DNA from: Octopus sinensis
Lineage: Eukaryota
Reading direction: 5' to 3'
NCBI RefSeq assembly: GCF_006345805.1
Contig: NC_043010.1
Location: 58,156,001 to 58,220,000, forward strand
Length of the DNA: 64,000 bases
Positions 12,443 to 25,133 of the stretch are shown piece after piece. Position numbers and translations under genes: made by a program. The stretch's first letter is position 1. Each line of letters begins with the position of its first letter. Below the pieces are notes generated by a model. That model was not told the origin of the DNA. It made no database searches and saw nothing but the letters and a program-made list of their open reading frames with translations.

Positions 12443-13581
12443 ATCAAAAGGAATACAAAAAATGGGACAACAAAACATCCAAAAAGATGATACAAAACGG
12501 AAGAAAAGAAAAACATGGATGGATCATTCGGAGTTTTCTTTCCTCAGTCGAGTTCCAGATTATCTTTGCAATGTCATATTGCCAGCTGGAAATGACTTTT
12601 CCTGGGGCTAAACAGCAGTAACATAGTCCCATACAAGACTGCCACATTATGTTGGCAAATATACTTTATTTTAAAGAACTGTTACTGAATATCTCCCTTT
12701 GAGAAATTTAGACTATTTGTTGATATGCCTTGTTGATATGGGGTGTCCTACTTGTTGATATGCCTTCAGTGTAATGAATCCTCTAACTGATCCACGTGTG
12801 TGTAGACAGAGGCAGTGAGAGATAGAGATAGGTAGGTAGATACCAATCTGTCTATCTCTATGTCTATCTATATGTATGTATATATATATATATATATATA
12901 CATATATATAGACACACATAAATATATATGTATATAGATATATAGGCATATATATATATATATATATATATATGGAGAATTCACAAAAAAAAAAATAAAA
13001 CAAAAGATGAAGACAGGTGGTGTAGACAACAAACAATTGTATTTGTATATCACTTGGGAAGTGAAAAAGTCTTTAACATTTCGAGTCTACACTCTTCCAC
13101 AGAAAGAAACAAGGAGAGAAAATAAAGAATGTGTAGTGGCTGGGGACATAACATTTATATATAAGGGTAAATAATTATTAATTATTTGGGTATAAATTAT
13201 CGAATTATTGTACTGATGACAGGAGTGAATTTGTATAATTCTAACCCAGAAACACGTCCACAATTAATCAAGACTGTTTGATTTCGTTATTTTTTTTCTT
13301 TTGCCTATGCGAGTTACAAGTATTCTTATCTGTGGAGAAATATCTGTACTGAAAAGGAATAAGCAGTCTTTGGCTGATATATATAAATAGATAAGTGTAT
13401 TTTTACCTTGTTAACAATTAACACGGAAAAATAAATAAATAGTTACCAGGGCAGCAAAAATCTCTCAAGTAAAGGTGTTGTAACTCCTTGTTTATAAAGT
13501 AGAAACTTCGTGTTTACGTTGAATATTTTGAATAATATGAATAAAAAAATGGAGTTAACGCAGGCGTAATCAAATATTTTT

Positions 13582-13666
13582 ACTTTCGACACACGTTTCG
13601 AAAATTCCACTGATACTATTCAAAAGAAGAAATGGTATAAACAATGCAATCTTCTCCTCAGGAAGT
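13582..13666 (-). ncRNA. Type I hammerhead ribozyme motif (mirror copy in left palindrome arm)
   Basis: Minus strand ACTTC-CTGAGGA-GAAGATT...AATTTTC-GAAA-C-GTGT-GTC-GAAAGT. Core intact; stem I has one bulged A. Confidence 0.65.
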
Positions 13667-14109
13667 GAAAAAAACGAAACTCGTCAATAAGACTTTTAGC
13701 AAAAAATGATGGATTGTATAGCGATAGACAGAACGCTATTATTTGTTTAAAAAAACCTCATATGATATAACGTCATAAGTAGCTAACAGAAAGAGTAGGG
13801 ATATTAATAGTGAATGTTAATATAAAGGAAATTAAAGTTTAAATTACATATAATGATAGAGACTACTATATGCACTAAATGTGTTTTTTTGCCATTTAGT
13901 GCATATAAGTAGTCTCTATCATTATATGTAATTTAAACTTTAATTCCTTTATATTTAACATTCACTATTAATATCCCTACTCTTTCTGTTAGCTACTTAT
14001 GACGTTATATCATATAAGGTTTTTTAAACAATATTAATAGCGTTCTGTCTATCGCTATACAAATCCATCATTTTTGCTAAAATGTCTTATTGACGATTTC
14101 GTTTTTTTC

Positions 14110-14195
14110 ACTTTCCTGAGGAGAAGATTGCATTGTTTATACCATTTATTCTTTTGAATAGTATCAGTGGAATTTTCGAAACGTGTGTCGAAAGT
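14110..14195 (+). ncRNA. Type I hammerhead ribozyme motif, intact core
   Basis: Stem I ACTTTC (14110-15) / GAAAGT (14190-95). CUGAGGA 14116-22. Stem II GAAGATT (14123-29) / AATTTTC (14171-77). GAAA 14178-81. Minimal stem III. GUC triplet with predicted cleavage after C14189. Confidence 0.72.
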
Positions 14196-14232
14196 AAAAT
14201 TTTGATTACACTGCGTTAACTCCATTTTTTTA

Positions 14233-14279
<47 letters not shown>

Positions 14280-14350
14280 TTTTGTGTGTGTGTGTGTGTA
14301 TACCATATACATATTTATATCTATCTATATGTGTGTGTTGTATATATATA

Positions 14351-14382
<32 letters not shown>

Positions 14383-16019
14383 ACATACACACCCTATCTA
14401 TATACACTTTAGTCTATATACATCCCATCAAACTATCCTAAGTCGAAGTCTTCACAAGAGTTGTGTGAGTGGCAAAAATAACAGCCAAATCTTTTTCAGT
14501 TAACCTTCTCCACTGTTCCTAGGGGAAGGTCCATTGGCTGATATGGTCCCAGATAGATTGTGTACGATTAAAACATGAAACGGTCACAAGTGGAATGTCT
14601 TTGGCGCTGAAGAACCCTACTGCATCAGATCGTAGACATATGGGGTCTGGTTGAAGCAATACAAGGTTGCCTCCCTTTAAATCCATCTCAGGAGGGAAAC
14701 GAGCAAACGTTCCTGCGGTGTTGAAATAGGGAACAGTAAGGGAGACGACTCATGAGATACTATATTGTTAGGACTTCAAAACGGTTTTGAAAAATAAACA
14801 AAATATTTTTAAATATTAAAATATTATGATGGTAGATTTCAGTTTAAACAAGAACATATTTTTATCCATGAACAAGACGTAGGCTGAGATAAATTGGTAC
14901 CAATAGAATTAATGGACGAATTGTTTAACTTTGATGATATAATTATTCATAATTATTCATATTTAAAGAAGGAAGTATAATTTTAATGGTATGTTTCAAT
15001 TTAGTTGTTAAGTCATTCCAACTCAGTCAATCTCCTCTTTTCCCTACGCATATTACTCCAAGGGCCACATCATCTAATATGCCGTTCTTTTGTAAAACGT
15101 TAATATGCTGTTTTGAGAGATCTCTGCCTGTTCTATTCGACCCAGTCAAACAAGGACACGGAGACTCCAAGTTTACATCTAAAATGGAAAATCGTTTGTT
15201 TTAAATATTAGAAACTAGACAATGGTTACTGCTGAAATACTTAAAATTGATTTATTGGAGATAGGGCTCAAGTGGCATGTAGTGGTACTGTAGTAGTGGT
15301 GGTAGCGGGTGGTGGTGGTGGTGATTACCCAACAGTAGTAGTGAATTCTTTTTGCTATATTACGACTTTATCAAGTTTAGAGTTGAGAGAGGCAAAAACT
15401 GGTAAACACATATTTATATATCTGTGTGTGTGTGTGTGTGTGTGCATGTATGTGTGTGTGTGTATATATGTATATGTGTGTGTGCGTGTGTGTCTGTCTT
15501 TAATCAGCACGAGAGCCAGTCGGGGGTACTGGCATCAGCCACATTTGGATGGTCCTTTTTACATGTCACCAGTACGGAAGTCAGTCAGGTAGACCTGGCA
15601 TCGATCATGTTTAGATAGTGATTTTTACATGCCACTGGCATGGGAACTAGTCAGGGGGTACTGGCACTGACCATGTTCGGATGATGCATTTTCCGTTCAT
15701 CATTTTTCAGGATGAAAGGCCCATCCCAAGTTATAGGCTAACAAACCTGGTTTCCTGGATTCTGCGGCATATATATATATATATATATATAATACACACA
15801 CACACACCCTCAATGGGACACCAATCTGTCACAGGCACAACTCATCTATGCCAGCCAAATGGACTGGAACAATGTGAAGTGAAGGGTTTTGCTCAAGAAT
15901 TCAGTGCATTGCCTGATCCGGGCATTGAAACCACAATCTTATGATCATGAGTTTGTATAAACAGATATCTATTAATCTATATATATATTTATTCACGTGT
16001 GTGTGTGTGTATGTGTACA

Positions 16020-16257
16020 CACACACACGTATGTAAAAAGCACCATTTGAGTGTGGACAATGCCAGTGCTGCCTGACTGGCTCCCGTGCTGGTGGCAAGT
16101 AAAAGCACCCACTACACTCTAGGAGTGGTTGGCATTAGGAAGAGCATCCAGCTGTAGAAACCTTGCCAAATCAGACTGGAGCCTCATGCAACCTCCCAGC
16201 TTGCCAGTTCTCAGTCAAACTGTCCAACTCATGCCAGCATGGAAAACAAACATATGA
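16020..16257 (+). mobile_element. RTE LINE 3'UTR-derived repeat (family D)
   Basis: Matches the reverse complement of the 3'UTR attached to the RTE C-terminus at 45955-46555 (AAAAGCACCCACTAC...CATCCAGCTGTAGAAAC...CATGGAAAAC). Confidence 0.7.
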
Positions 16258-17123
16258 TGTGTATATATATCATTAAAAACTGCTTCTACTAATTCCAACC
16301 TTTGTAATAAGGACCTCTCCATCCCATTCAATAGTAGTACTGTCCCTTACAACTAGGACAGTCACCAAAACCTGTTCTATTACAACCCATCTTGTGACAC
16401 CCACACCAACTTTCTCATTCAGACAGTGTAAGGAATGACAACATATTTTCCTATTCCATCATCTCAATGAACAAGTTTTGGTCATGAATGTATATTTGTC
16501 ATGGAATTATTATGGTTGAGGGATGGGGGTATAAGGTACCCAAAGGTGACTTCCTGACTGCTTTGGGTATTTTTGATAAGACACTGTTCTGTCATTGTCC
16601 TATAGACAAGGTCATAGCCAGGACCCTCTCTATACAAAAACCAGGAATTAATACTGCAAAGCATTTTGTCCAATTCTTTCCCAATTCCACTAATTTCCCC
16701 TAGACTGACCCCCAGAAGAATGAGAAAAAACGTTTCTCTAAGTAGAATTTGATCTCAGAACACAAAATGTCAGAACAAAACACAACAAAACCTGTTTTGT
16801 GTAACGGTACAGTGTCCCCCACTAAATAAGCCCCACCTTTTCCTTGTGGCAACTTATATATTTAAGGTGAGCCACATTCTTATACAAGTAGAGCAACCTA
16901 AAAAACAAACACATCCCTGTTTTAAACAGATATAATGAAAACAGGAGGAACCTTTGTGATGATGGAGGCTTCTAAATGGTAGGTAAATGTGGTAGAAATA
17001 ATGACCAAATCTCATTCAGATCACACACTACTCTCTTATGTATGCATGTTCTAATGGAAGAGAACTCTACATAGAAGCTAACCTCAATCTCCTTCATATC
17101 ATAACGCTATTTATTTTTTATAT

Positions 17124-17276
17124 GTGGCTGTGTGGTAATAAGCTTGCTTACCAACCATATGGTTCGGGTTCAGTCCCAACATGTGGCACCTTGGGCAAGT
17201 GTTTTCTACTATAGCTCTCAGGCCAGCCAAAACCTTGCGAGTGGATTTGGTAGGCGGAAACTGAAAGAAGCCTGTC

Positions 17277-17310
<34 letters not shown>

Positions 17311-17478
17311 ATCTGTATTCCCACCATCGCTTGACAGCTGATGTTGGTGTGTTTACATCCATGTAACTTAGTGGTTCAGCAAAATAGACTGATAAAATAA
17401 GTCCCAGAGTTGATTTGTTCAACTAAAGGTGGTGCTCCAGTATGGCCACAGTCAAATGACTGAAACAAATAAAAGAAT
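17124..17478 (+). mobile_element. tRNA-derived SINE, family A
   Basis: GTGGCTGTGTGGTAA, GGGTTCAGTCCC, CACCTTGGGCAAG and the family tail. Confidence 0.85.
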
Positions 17479-19124
17479 ACATACATATAAGCCAATGAAG
17501 GACACCTCTTCATGTTATCGAGACTGGATGAAGACAACAAAAAAGCTAACAAGGGAAACTTCTATATGGTAATTTAGCATGCTAAATATAGCAGCTAAAT
17601 TTCCCTCTTGTCACATGTTACCATCTTAAACAAAAGAAAGGTACATTAGATATGTGTGTGTGTGTGTGTGTGTGTATGTCTTTGTATTTGTAAGTGTGCT
17701 TCTGTTACATGTGTTTTTGTAGGACTTCTTTAATCATTTCTCCACTGCGTCAGGACTGACTTCGGTTGAGCTAAACAACAACAACAAGAAAAGGAGGAGG
17801 AGGAGGTTGGATAAGTGTCCACCACACCTGAATAAAGAACTGCCCATCTTCTCTTGTCCAAGATATGATGCTACTCCCTAATGGCAATTCCTTCCTTCCT
17901 CCTCACCCTCACCCTCACCCTCTTTCCTTCCATTGATCATTGAATGCACAGTTAATGGTATAAATGGTATAATGGTGGTCATTAATATGTCTTGTTTGGT
18001 GTCCCCTGCTAACACAATAAAGGGACAGACTCATCCCTGAATGGTTGCTGGTAAGTGAGAAACCACTTAGGAAGACTTCTGGGTATTGTTAGAGAGAGAG
18101 GGGTGGGGGCAGAAACAGTTTATATATATAGAGGGGGGTTGTGGTGGTGGGAGTGGACAAGGGTCCACACACACACACACATGTACAGGCACACACATTC
18201 ACACACACAAATCTATGCACAGAACACATAACAAATCTATGCAAATCACTTAAGCACGCATAAATGCAATTATGCATACACACACACACACACCATGCAC
18301 ATACATTTATGTAAGTAGTTACACACTTATAAACACACACACAGACATATGCACACATACACAGATAGACCCACATACGCACACTCATGTCTATATATGC
18401 GCACATGCACACGTCAATCAATTAATTGTTCCCAATATCATAAAATGCAAAATATCCAGAATCTGATGGAAGAAAGCAAAACAACAACAACACCTCCACT
18501 CTCACCACCACCACCACCACTACCACCAACAACAACAACAACAACAAACAACGGCCTTCGCAATAAGAATAGGAATAACAATAAGAACATCATTGTAACT
18601 GCCGCCGCCACCACCACCACCACCACCACCAGTAATGATGACAATACTAACAATAACAACGTTGATAATATCAACAGCAACAACAACAGCAATAAGGAGA
18701 ATATTAAGAAGGCAAACTGCTTCAGTAGTAGTAGTAGTAGCAGTGACAGAATGAATGCAATGATAGGAGGAGGAGGAGGAGGGGGATGCATTCGGTTGGC
18801 AGGCAGGAGTGGTTTCTATTATCATTATTATCATTATTGATGATGATGATGATTATGATGATGACTGTGATGATGACAACGATATTATTTGTGTGTCCCT
18901 GTTTAAATGATATATTTTCTGTCTAAAAATTGCAGCAACATTATCTAGAGACCCATACTATTATTTAGACTCTCATATTATTTAGATTTCCATTCTACAT
19001 AAATTGGGGAGATATTGTCACGGTTACATGGAGTTACATGGCTGAGTAACACATACACACATGCACACACAAGCACATGCACACACACACACACACAAAC
19101 ACGCACACCATCACGCACTTGTAC

Positions 19125-20210
19125 TGAAATACTGATTGTGACACATGATTCTGACACAGAGAATCATACTATAACACCCATTGTGCCATAATTCTGTAAC
19201 ACGTACTGTGACATTACCACAGTGATTTGACATGGGATAGTATGATATGCCATGACGCCATATTGTAACACAAACATTAACACATGATGGTGTAACACTA
19301 TGACAATAATACTCTATGATGCAGGATAGCTTATAGTGTTACACACTTGTACAGTAACACTGACTGTGACATATCATTGCAAAATACACACACAGTGACA
19401 CCATCATACAGAATGAAACACTGTGAGATTATCATATTGTAACATTCATTGTGCCACGTGTTTGTGTAACACAGACTATGATGCTATCATACTGTAACAC
19501 AGAAATAATTCATGATCTTGATATAGGACAGTGTAACAGGGTTTGATACCATATTGTAATATAAATTGTAACACATGGTGTGACACACTCTGTGGCACAA
19601 TAATACTCTGTGATGCATAATACATGCTGACACCTTATCGCAATGAACCTCATGACACATTTTATAGTAACACAGCTACAGGACATTGTGACACAGTGTG
19701 ATACATGATAATGTTACACTAGTGTGACATTGATATTTTATCTCACCAGATACCAAAATACTGTACCATTTGATATGTGATATGTAAATAGTATGAAACA
19801 ATGCTGTGGTATACCAAGGTATACACTGATGAGGAAGTTCTTGCTAAACAATAACAGGGATAGCATTTTGTAACATACAATGTGGGGTACTCCATGAGAT
19901 ATAAAAGGATCTCTCATCACTTGCAAGAAATAACAGCTGATCTGTCTCAAATCACATTGTTTTATCCCCAAAACCAAGAACACATAAGATAATGTAGTCA
20001 TGGGTGCACTATGACAGAAGAGACAGAATGGTCGTGGTTGGAGTGTGTTTACGCATGTCTGCTCAGTGAATGGTGTCTTGGGGATAAACAATAAATACAG
20101 TTGTTACAAGATGAAGCAGAGATAATACTGTGATACATACTGTGACATCACTTTGTAACACATTTGATATCACTTAGTAACACAAATTGTGACGCAGTAT
20201 TGTAACACAT
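19125..20210. repeat. Degenerate minisatellite of CTGTGACAC/TGTAACAC-like units
   Basis: Dozens of GTGACAC/GTAACAC/TGTGAT variants at short irregular spacing, interrupted at ~19740-20090. Confidence 0.6.
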
Positions 20211-21044
20211 AAAGACAAACGCCAACAAAAGAGATTTCACTTAGGATGAGCCTTTTATAAAGTCATTTAGCCTGCTAGAAATAACTAAATAACTTTTAAA
20301 CTAAACCCTACTTTCTTAAATAAAGGAAGAACCTGCAACACTACACACTGTCCCAAAAATGGCCCACATCCTAGGCATGACACTATCAATTTAATAGTAC
20401 AACCCAAATAAAACAACCAACAAACAAAAGGCCCACTCTATAAAATAAACAACCACCTCAACAAGTACTCAAATGGTTGGACGCCCAACAGAAGAGCACA
20501 ACTCACATTACACACACAAACACACAATGCTGTACACAGCCCAGCAACAGAGAGGAGTAGCAGGTGATGCAGCGGAAATTTGCCTGGAACTATCAAATGT
20601 TTTTTTTTTTTTTTTTTTTTTAGTTTATTTTATCTAGTTTCAGCTCACAAGCTGTGGCCATGCTGGGGCACCGCCATTCGGTGTTGCTACATGATTTTAC
20701 TTCACGAATGCTTTTCAGCAATTGCCATTTGGTGCATGAGAGAGTTCGATGCAGCTGCCCTCATCTGCACCTCCTGCTGTGAAGTTGGTTCATAATAATA
20801 ATAATAATAATAATGATGATAATAATAATAATGCCCTAATATTGAGAGACAGAATTGTCAATAATTTGTAGAGAACTATAGACTGGAAGAACAGAGAGAG
20901 CATCAGAGAGAATGTCTTGTGATATTTATGATGGACATCTACATACTGAGTTTAACCCCAAAGAGGGGCCAATGTTGCCTGAAATTCATCTGGGACCAGA
21001 AAAAAATATATTAAGTTTTGGAGTTTGATTTAATTAACAATAGA

Positions 21045-21230
21045 GTTCTATATTTAAGAGACGAGGAATTATGTACATTATTTACATTTGACGTATCCCT
21101 TAGGAATGAGAACCCAGGTTCGAAATTTCCCCAAGACACCTGATGAAGGTTGGAGGGTATATCAGCCAAAACATTGAGTTAACAACAAACAAGATGAGGA
21201 CAAATATCTGTCAAATGTAAATAATGTAAA
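21045..21230 (+). mobile_element. Non-autonomous PLE-like fragment with inverted tail and decayed hammerhead
   Basis: GACAC-CTGATGA-A-GGTTG...CAGCC-AAAA-CATT-GAGTT (GAAA mutated), flanked by inverted ATTATTTACATTTGAC / GTCAAATGTAAATAAT. Same family as 10008-10235. Confidence 0.6.
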
Positions 21231-21711
21231 TTAACTAACAATGTTTCCCACTTCAAATGTGTGGAATTGTTAAAAATAAATATTACAGGAAGGCAACTGA
21301 GATAAAGAATTGGTGGAGCAACGGGCTGAAAGACTAGTGCAATATAACAATATTCTGAAGAGAAATCCCCCAGGGCAGGGAGTGAGAAGGTCAATTTTTA
21401 CCCTCCATCTTTGATAAAATAACTAATAAGCAATCTGTTTAATTTATTTTAACTCCCCAACACTCCATCTCCCTAAATTTGTGGTCTTGGAATTTGTGCC
21501 AATGTTTGATAAAATCGATAAAACACGAAGATCAAAATAAATTCTAGTGTTTGGAGACAAATAGGGAAGTTTTCAGATTAAAAATGTTTTGTGATTGTTG
21601 ATGTTGCTATTGTTGTTGTCTAGCCCAGGGTCAACCCAGCTCCAACATACCTATAATCAAAGATTGCAAGCTATACCTATCTTACCTTTTCAGACATAAA
21701 TGTATCTAGGG

Positions 21712-21912
21712 CAGTGGTTTTCAACCAGGGTTCCGCCAGTACAGTCCAGGGGTTCCGCAAGAAGTTACAAAACTGCTAAAATCGACAGTAATTTTTAATT
21801 CTCCTGTGCAGATATGTGTGCATAAGACTATTAAATTATTGCACAGGGGTTCCTCGAGCCAGTAGAATGTTTCCTTGGGGTTCCGCTCCAGCAAAAAGTT
21901 TGAAAAGCACTG
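21712..21912. mobile_element. hAT-superfamily MITE (Charlie/MER5-like)
   Basis: TIRs CAGTGGTTTTCAAC / TTTGAAAAGCACTG. Perfect 8-bp TSD ATCTAGGG (21704-11 and 21913-20). Internal repeated GGGGTTCC motifs. Confidence 0.9.
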
Positions 21913-22848
21913 ATCTAGGGCTACAATATCTAGTTTATTACTTATATTTCAAAAGATATTACGGTGTGATTTCAAACTGGTTTTAAACCTTGTAAATCCC
22001 ACAATATATTAAAGATGTAGACTGACTTGGAGATGACTTTATAAAATTAGTTAAAAATGTTCCAACATAAATTACATCAATTTCTTGACCCTATTAAAAA
22101 CCCTCCAAACACATTTGTAAAAGCATATAAAACAAAGATTCATTATGAGATAGATAACTGCACACACAATAAATTGCTAATCGATAATACAACAAACATA
22201 TATAAAAATCTACCTCTAGACTTATTATTTAATCAATGATGAAGCAAAAGAGCCTAACTATGTAATTTAACATCAAAGATATCTCTGTATAATATGGTAT
22301 GGAACCTTAAAGATGATAATATGAACCAGCCACCAAATAAAGTGGAGCATCAAAGCTAAGGCAAGCAAATATAAGGGTCAAGGCACCAGATGCAATACCT
22401 GTGTTTCAGAGGAATTAAACATCATAATTTTTCACCAGCAACATTTTGAATATTAGTGAAGAAACTTGTCTCTGGATTACACAATTGACTACTTAAACTG
22501 CAATTTCAAGCTTGACACCCTGTCAACCGCACTACCTATCAAGCCAGAAAAAAATTTACATTATGGGGCTAACATATATATATATTATGCATAATATACA
22601 TAATAAATATCATCTCTTCATACCATCTTGGTAACTAATGCTAGAAGTTTAAGCTGTGCACACACACATAAAACATATACAAGACATCATACGACTTAAA
22701 TATTTTTTTCTGATCTTGCAACTTCGCCAACTTATAAAGGTTAGAAACCTTTGTAAACCACATAAAACAATCAGTAGACACATGCACAGACATGCACAGA
22801 CATGCACTAAAGCACAGTCATCTGACAAATGGAGCATACGTTTATATA

Positions 22849-23199
22849 GGTGCTGGAGTGGCTGTGTGGTAAGTAGCTTGCTTTCCAACCACACGATCTG
22901 TGTGGCACCTTGGGCAAGTATCTTATACTATAGCCTTGGGCCAACCAAAGCCTTGTGAGTGGATTTGGTAGACGGAAACTGAAAGAAGTCCGTCGTATAT
23001 GTGTGTCCCCCAACATCGCTTGACAACCGATGCCGGTGTGTTTACGTAACCATAACTTATCGGTTCGACAAAAGAGACCGATAGAATAAGTACCAGGCTT
23101 ACAAAGATTAAGTTCTGGAGGTCAATTTGTTCAACTAAAAGCAGTGCTCCAGCATGGCCACAGTCAAATGACTGAAGCAAGTAAAAGAATAAAAGAATA
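22849..23199 (+). mobile_element. tRNA-derived SINE, family A
   Basis: Same head, core and tail as other copies, with a deletion in the B-box region. Confidence 0.85.
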
Positions 23200-24192
23200 A
23201 TGGTACAAGGGAATATATATACATGCAGTGCAATTAAACCATGATGAACACAGAATCCATGAATATTTTACCAATTTCTACCAATATTTGGAAACCCCAA
23301 CAGTATTTTTGAGATCCCATAAAATCTCATGTTATCTCATATATTTTAATCGAACATGGAGACTGGTTATCAACATTTTTAAGTGGAATGCTAGAATATT
23401 TGTGGAATTTTCTGTATGAAAGATGGGTAGTAACGTTAATCCTTCAAATAAAGAATATTTTTATCCACCAAATACAGCGTTGAGCACTCATCCTCACTGT
23501 TCACCCCTATCGCATGTGCATGTGCATGTCTGTGTTGTTAGTCTGTCCATCAGACTGGACAAGGACGGAGCAAATGGTCAAAATCTAAAAAGATGTGTAA
23601 GAAACGTAGAAGAAAAGAGAAAGAGAAGACAAACCCTAAAAGGATCGTGTTTATCCATTGCAGATATTGATTGCCAAGACAGGGTACCAGAAGAGGGCAC
23701 ACATCTATGCAAGGGACGAGAGAATTACAACTGCTCTTACCTCTGGTACACCTTCAACACCCCTGAAGCTGTACAAGTGGAACCAATTTATTGTATCATA
23801 GCCCCTATCCCCACCCCATCAATGCCACTATGAAATATTTGGCATCTATGATTTCAAGAAGTTTCAGCCATCATTACACCTTTTGTGAGGTGGTATACAC
23901 ACGCACGCACGCACGCACACACACACACACACACACACGCACACACGCACATTTATTTTCATACAAAACCATTTCGACAAAAATCAGAAATCAATGCAGA
24001 TAAACAAACAATGAACAAAATTGAAAAATCAACAAATTCAAAACAATTGGGAAAAAAGTTAATTAACTTATTTTGAGGTAAAAACTAGCAACTATTATGG
24101 ACTACCAAAAATTTGTAAATCTAAAGATATCAATGACAGCTCATAGGATCTCAATGCAACATATTTAATGATTCCCAAACAGTCTGGTTTAA

Positions 24193-24412
24193 CCCTTTAG
24201 TGTTCAGATTACTCTGTCAAATATAATGCCTTTTCATTCACATCGTTTTCAATTAATCCTGCATTATCTTGTAGTTCTGAGAATTTGATGATGTGATGGT
24301 TTATTTTGAGGATGTCAGTGTAGGGTATGAGTGAGAGGCCAGATCTAGATGGTTTGAATATAAAAGAAGTTGAAAATTTGGACCAGATATGGCCGGTTTA
24401 AATGCTAAAGGG
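24193..24412. mobile_element. piggyBac-type MITE inserted in the PLE
   Basis: TTAA|CCCTTTAG...CTAAAGGG|TTAA; 220 bp. Confidence 0.85.
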
Positions 24413-24896
24413 TTAAAATTATATCCAATCGTTGCAAGACCAACATCAAGCACCCAATGACCAAGCAATTTACTTGACTTAATTTTAAAAGCTTTCTGCA
24501 AATTGGTTCCCAGTTTCATCAGGGATGGCATGAACTTCCTAAACCATGTCTCAGAAAGAGTGAGTATAGAGATGACCTGGGTTAGTTTGGACATAACAAT
24601 TATACACCATGGATTAATATGAGAAGCAGTAGGAGTCTAGATAGAAAAATACCCATTCAGCTTTCAGGGGAGATTTCCAAAAAAATTTACACTTCAAGGT
24701 TTCTGATTGGTGTTAGATAACAATTATTTCTTTGGGAACCAATATTATCTTCAAATACAAGACACAGCAATGGGGACAAAAATTGCACCAACTTTTGTAA
24801 AACTAGAGATGTGTTTCCTTGAAAACGAAAATCTGTCTTTTCTTGAATCACTCCTAATCAGTATTTCTAATCTTGTTTAAACTTGCAAATATTTCT

Positions 24897-25133
24897 TATT
24901 TCTTTATTGCCCACAGGGTGCTAAACATAGAGGGGACAAATAAGGACAAGGGGATTAAGTCAATTACATCTACCTCAGTGCATAACTGGTACTTAATTTA
25001 TCAACCCCGAAAGGATGAAAGGCAAAGTCGACCTCAGCGGAATTTGACCTCAGAACATAATGGCAGGCAAAATACCGCTAAGCATTTCGCCTGGCGTGCT
25101 AACGTTTCTGCCAGCTTGCCGCCTTATTTCTGG
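24897..25133 (-). mobile_element. tRNA-derived SINE, family C, with 16-bp TSD, inserted in the PLE RT
   Basis: ACTTGCAAATATTTCT duplicated at 24881-24896 and 25134-25149. Body matches 1245-1473. Confidence 0.88.

Larger units (their letters stand above)
13535..14240. repeat. ~700 bp fold-back palindrome (arms 13535-13881 and 13893-14240, 11-nt spacer)
   Basis: The arms are reverse complements over ~345 bp (roughly 95% identical by eye; differences are mostly 1-nt indels). Confidence 0.95.

Noticed and set aside
16280-16700. Possible transposase-like fragment
   Set aside because: No convincing DDE or WVP motif series and no TIRs found.
18349-18840. Poly-T/N/P/G ORF, and similar His/Asp-rich ORFs at 11380-11607, 26872-27207, 28413-28691 and 51335-51652
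   Set aside because: Stacked trinucleotide repeats open in several frames on both strands; no coding signature.
22057-22239. 60-aa ORF with weak resemblance to PLE RT (LLIDNTTNIYKNLP)
   Set aside because: Out of order relative to the PLE motifs at 24085 onward and too weak to call.
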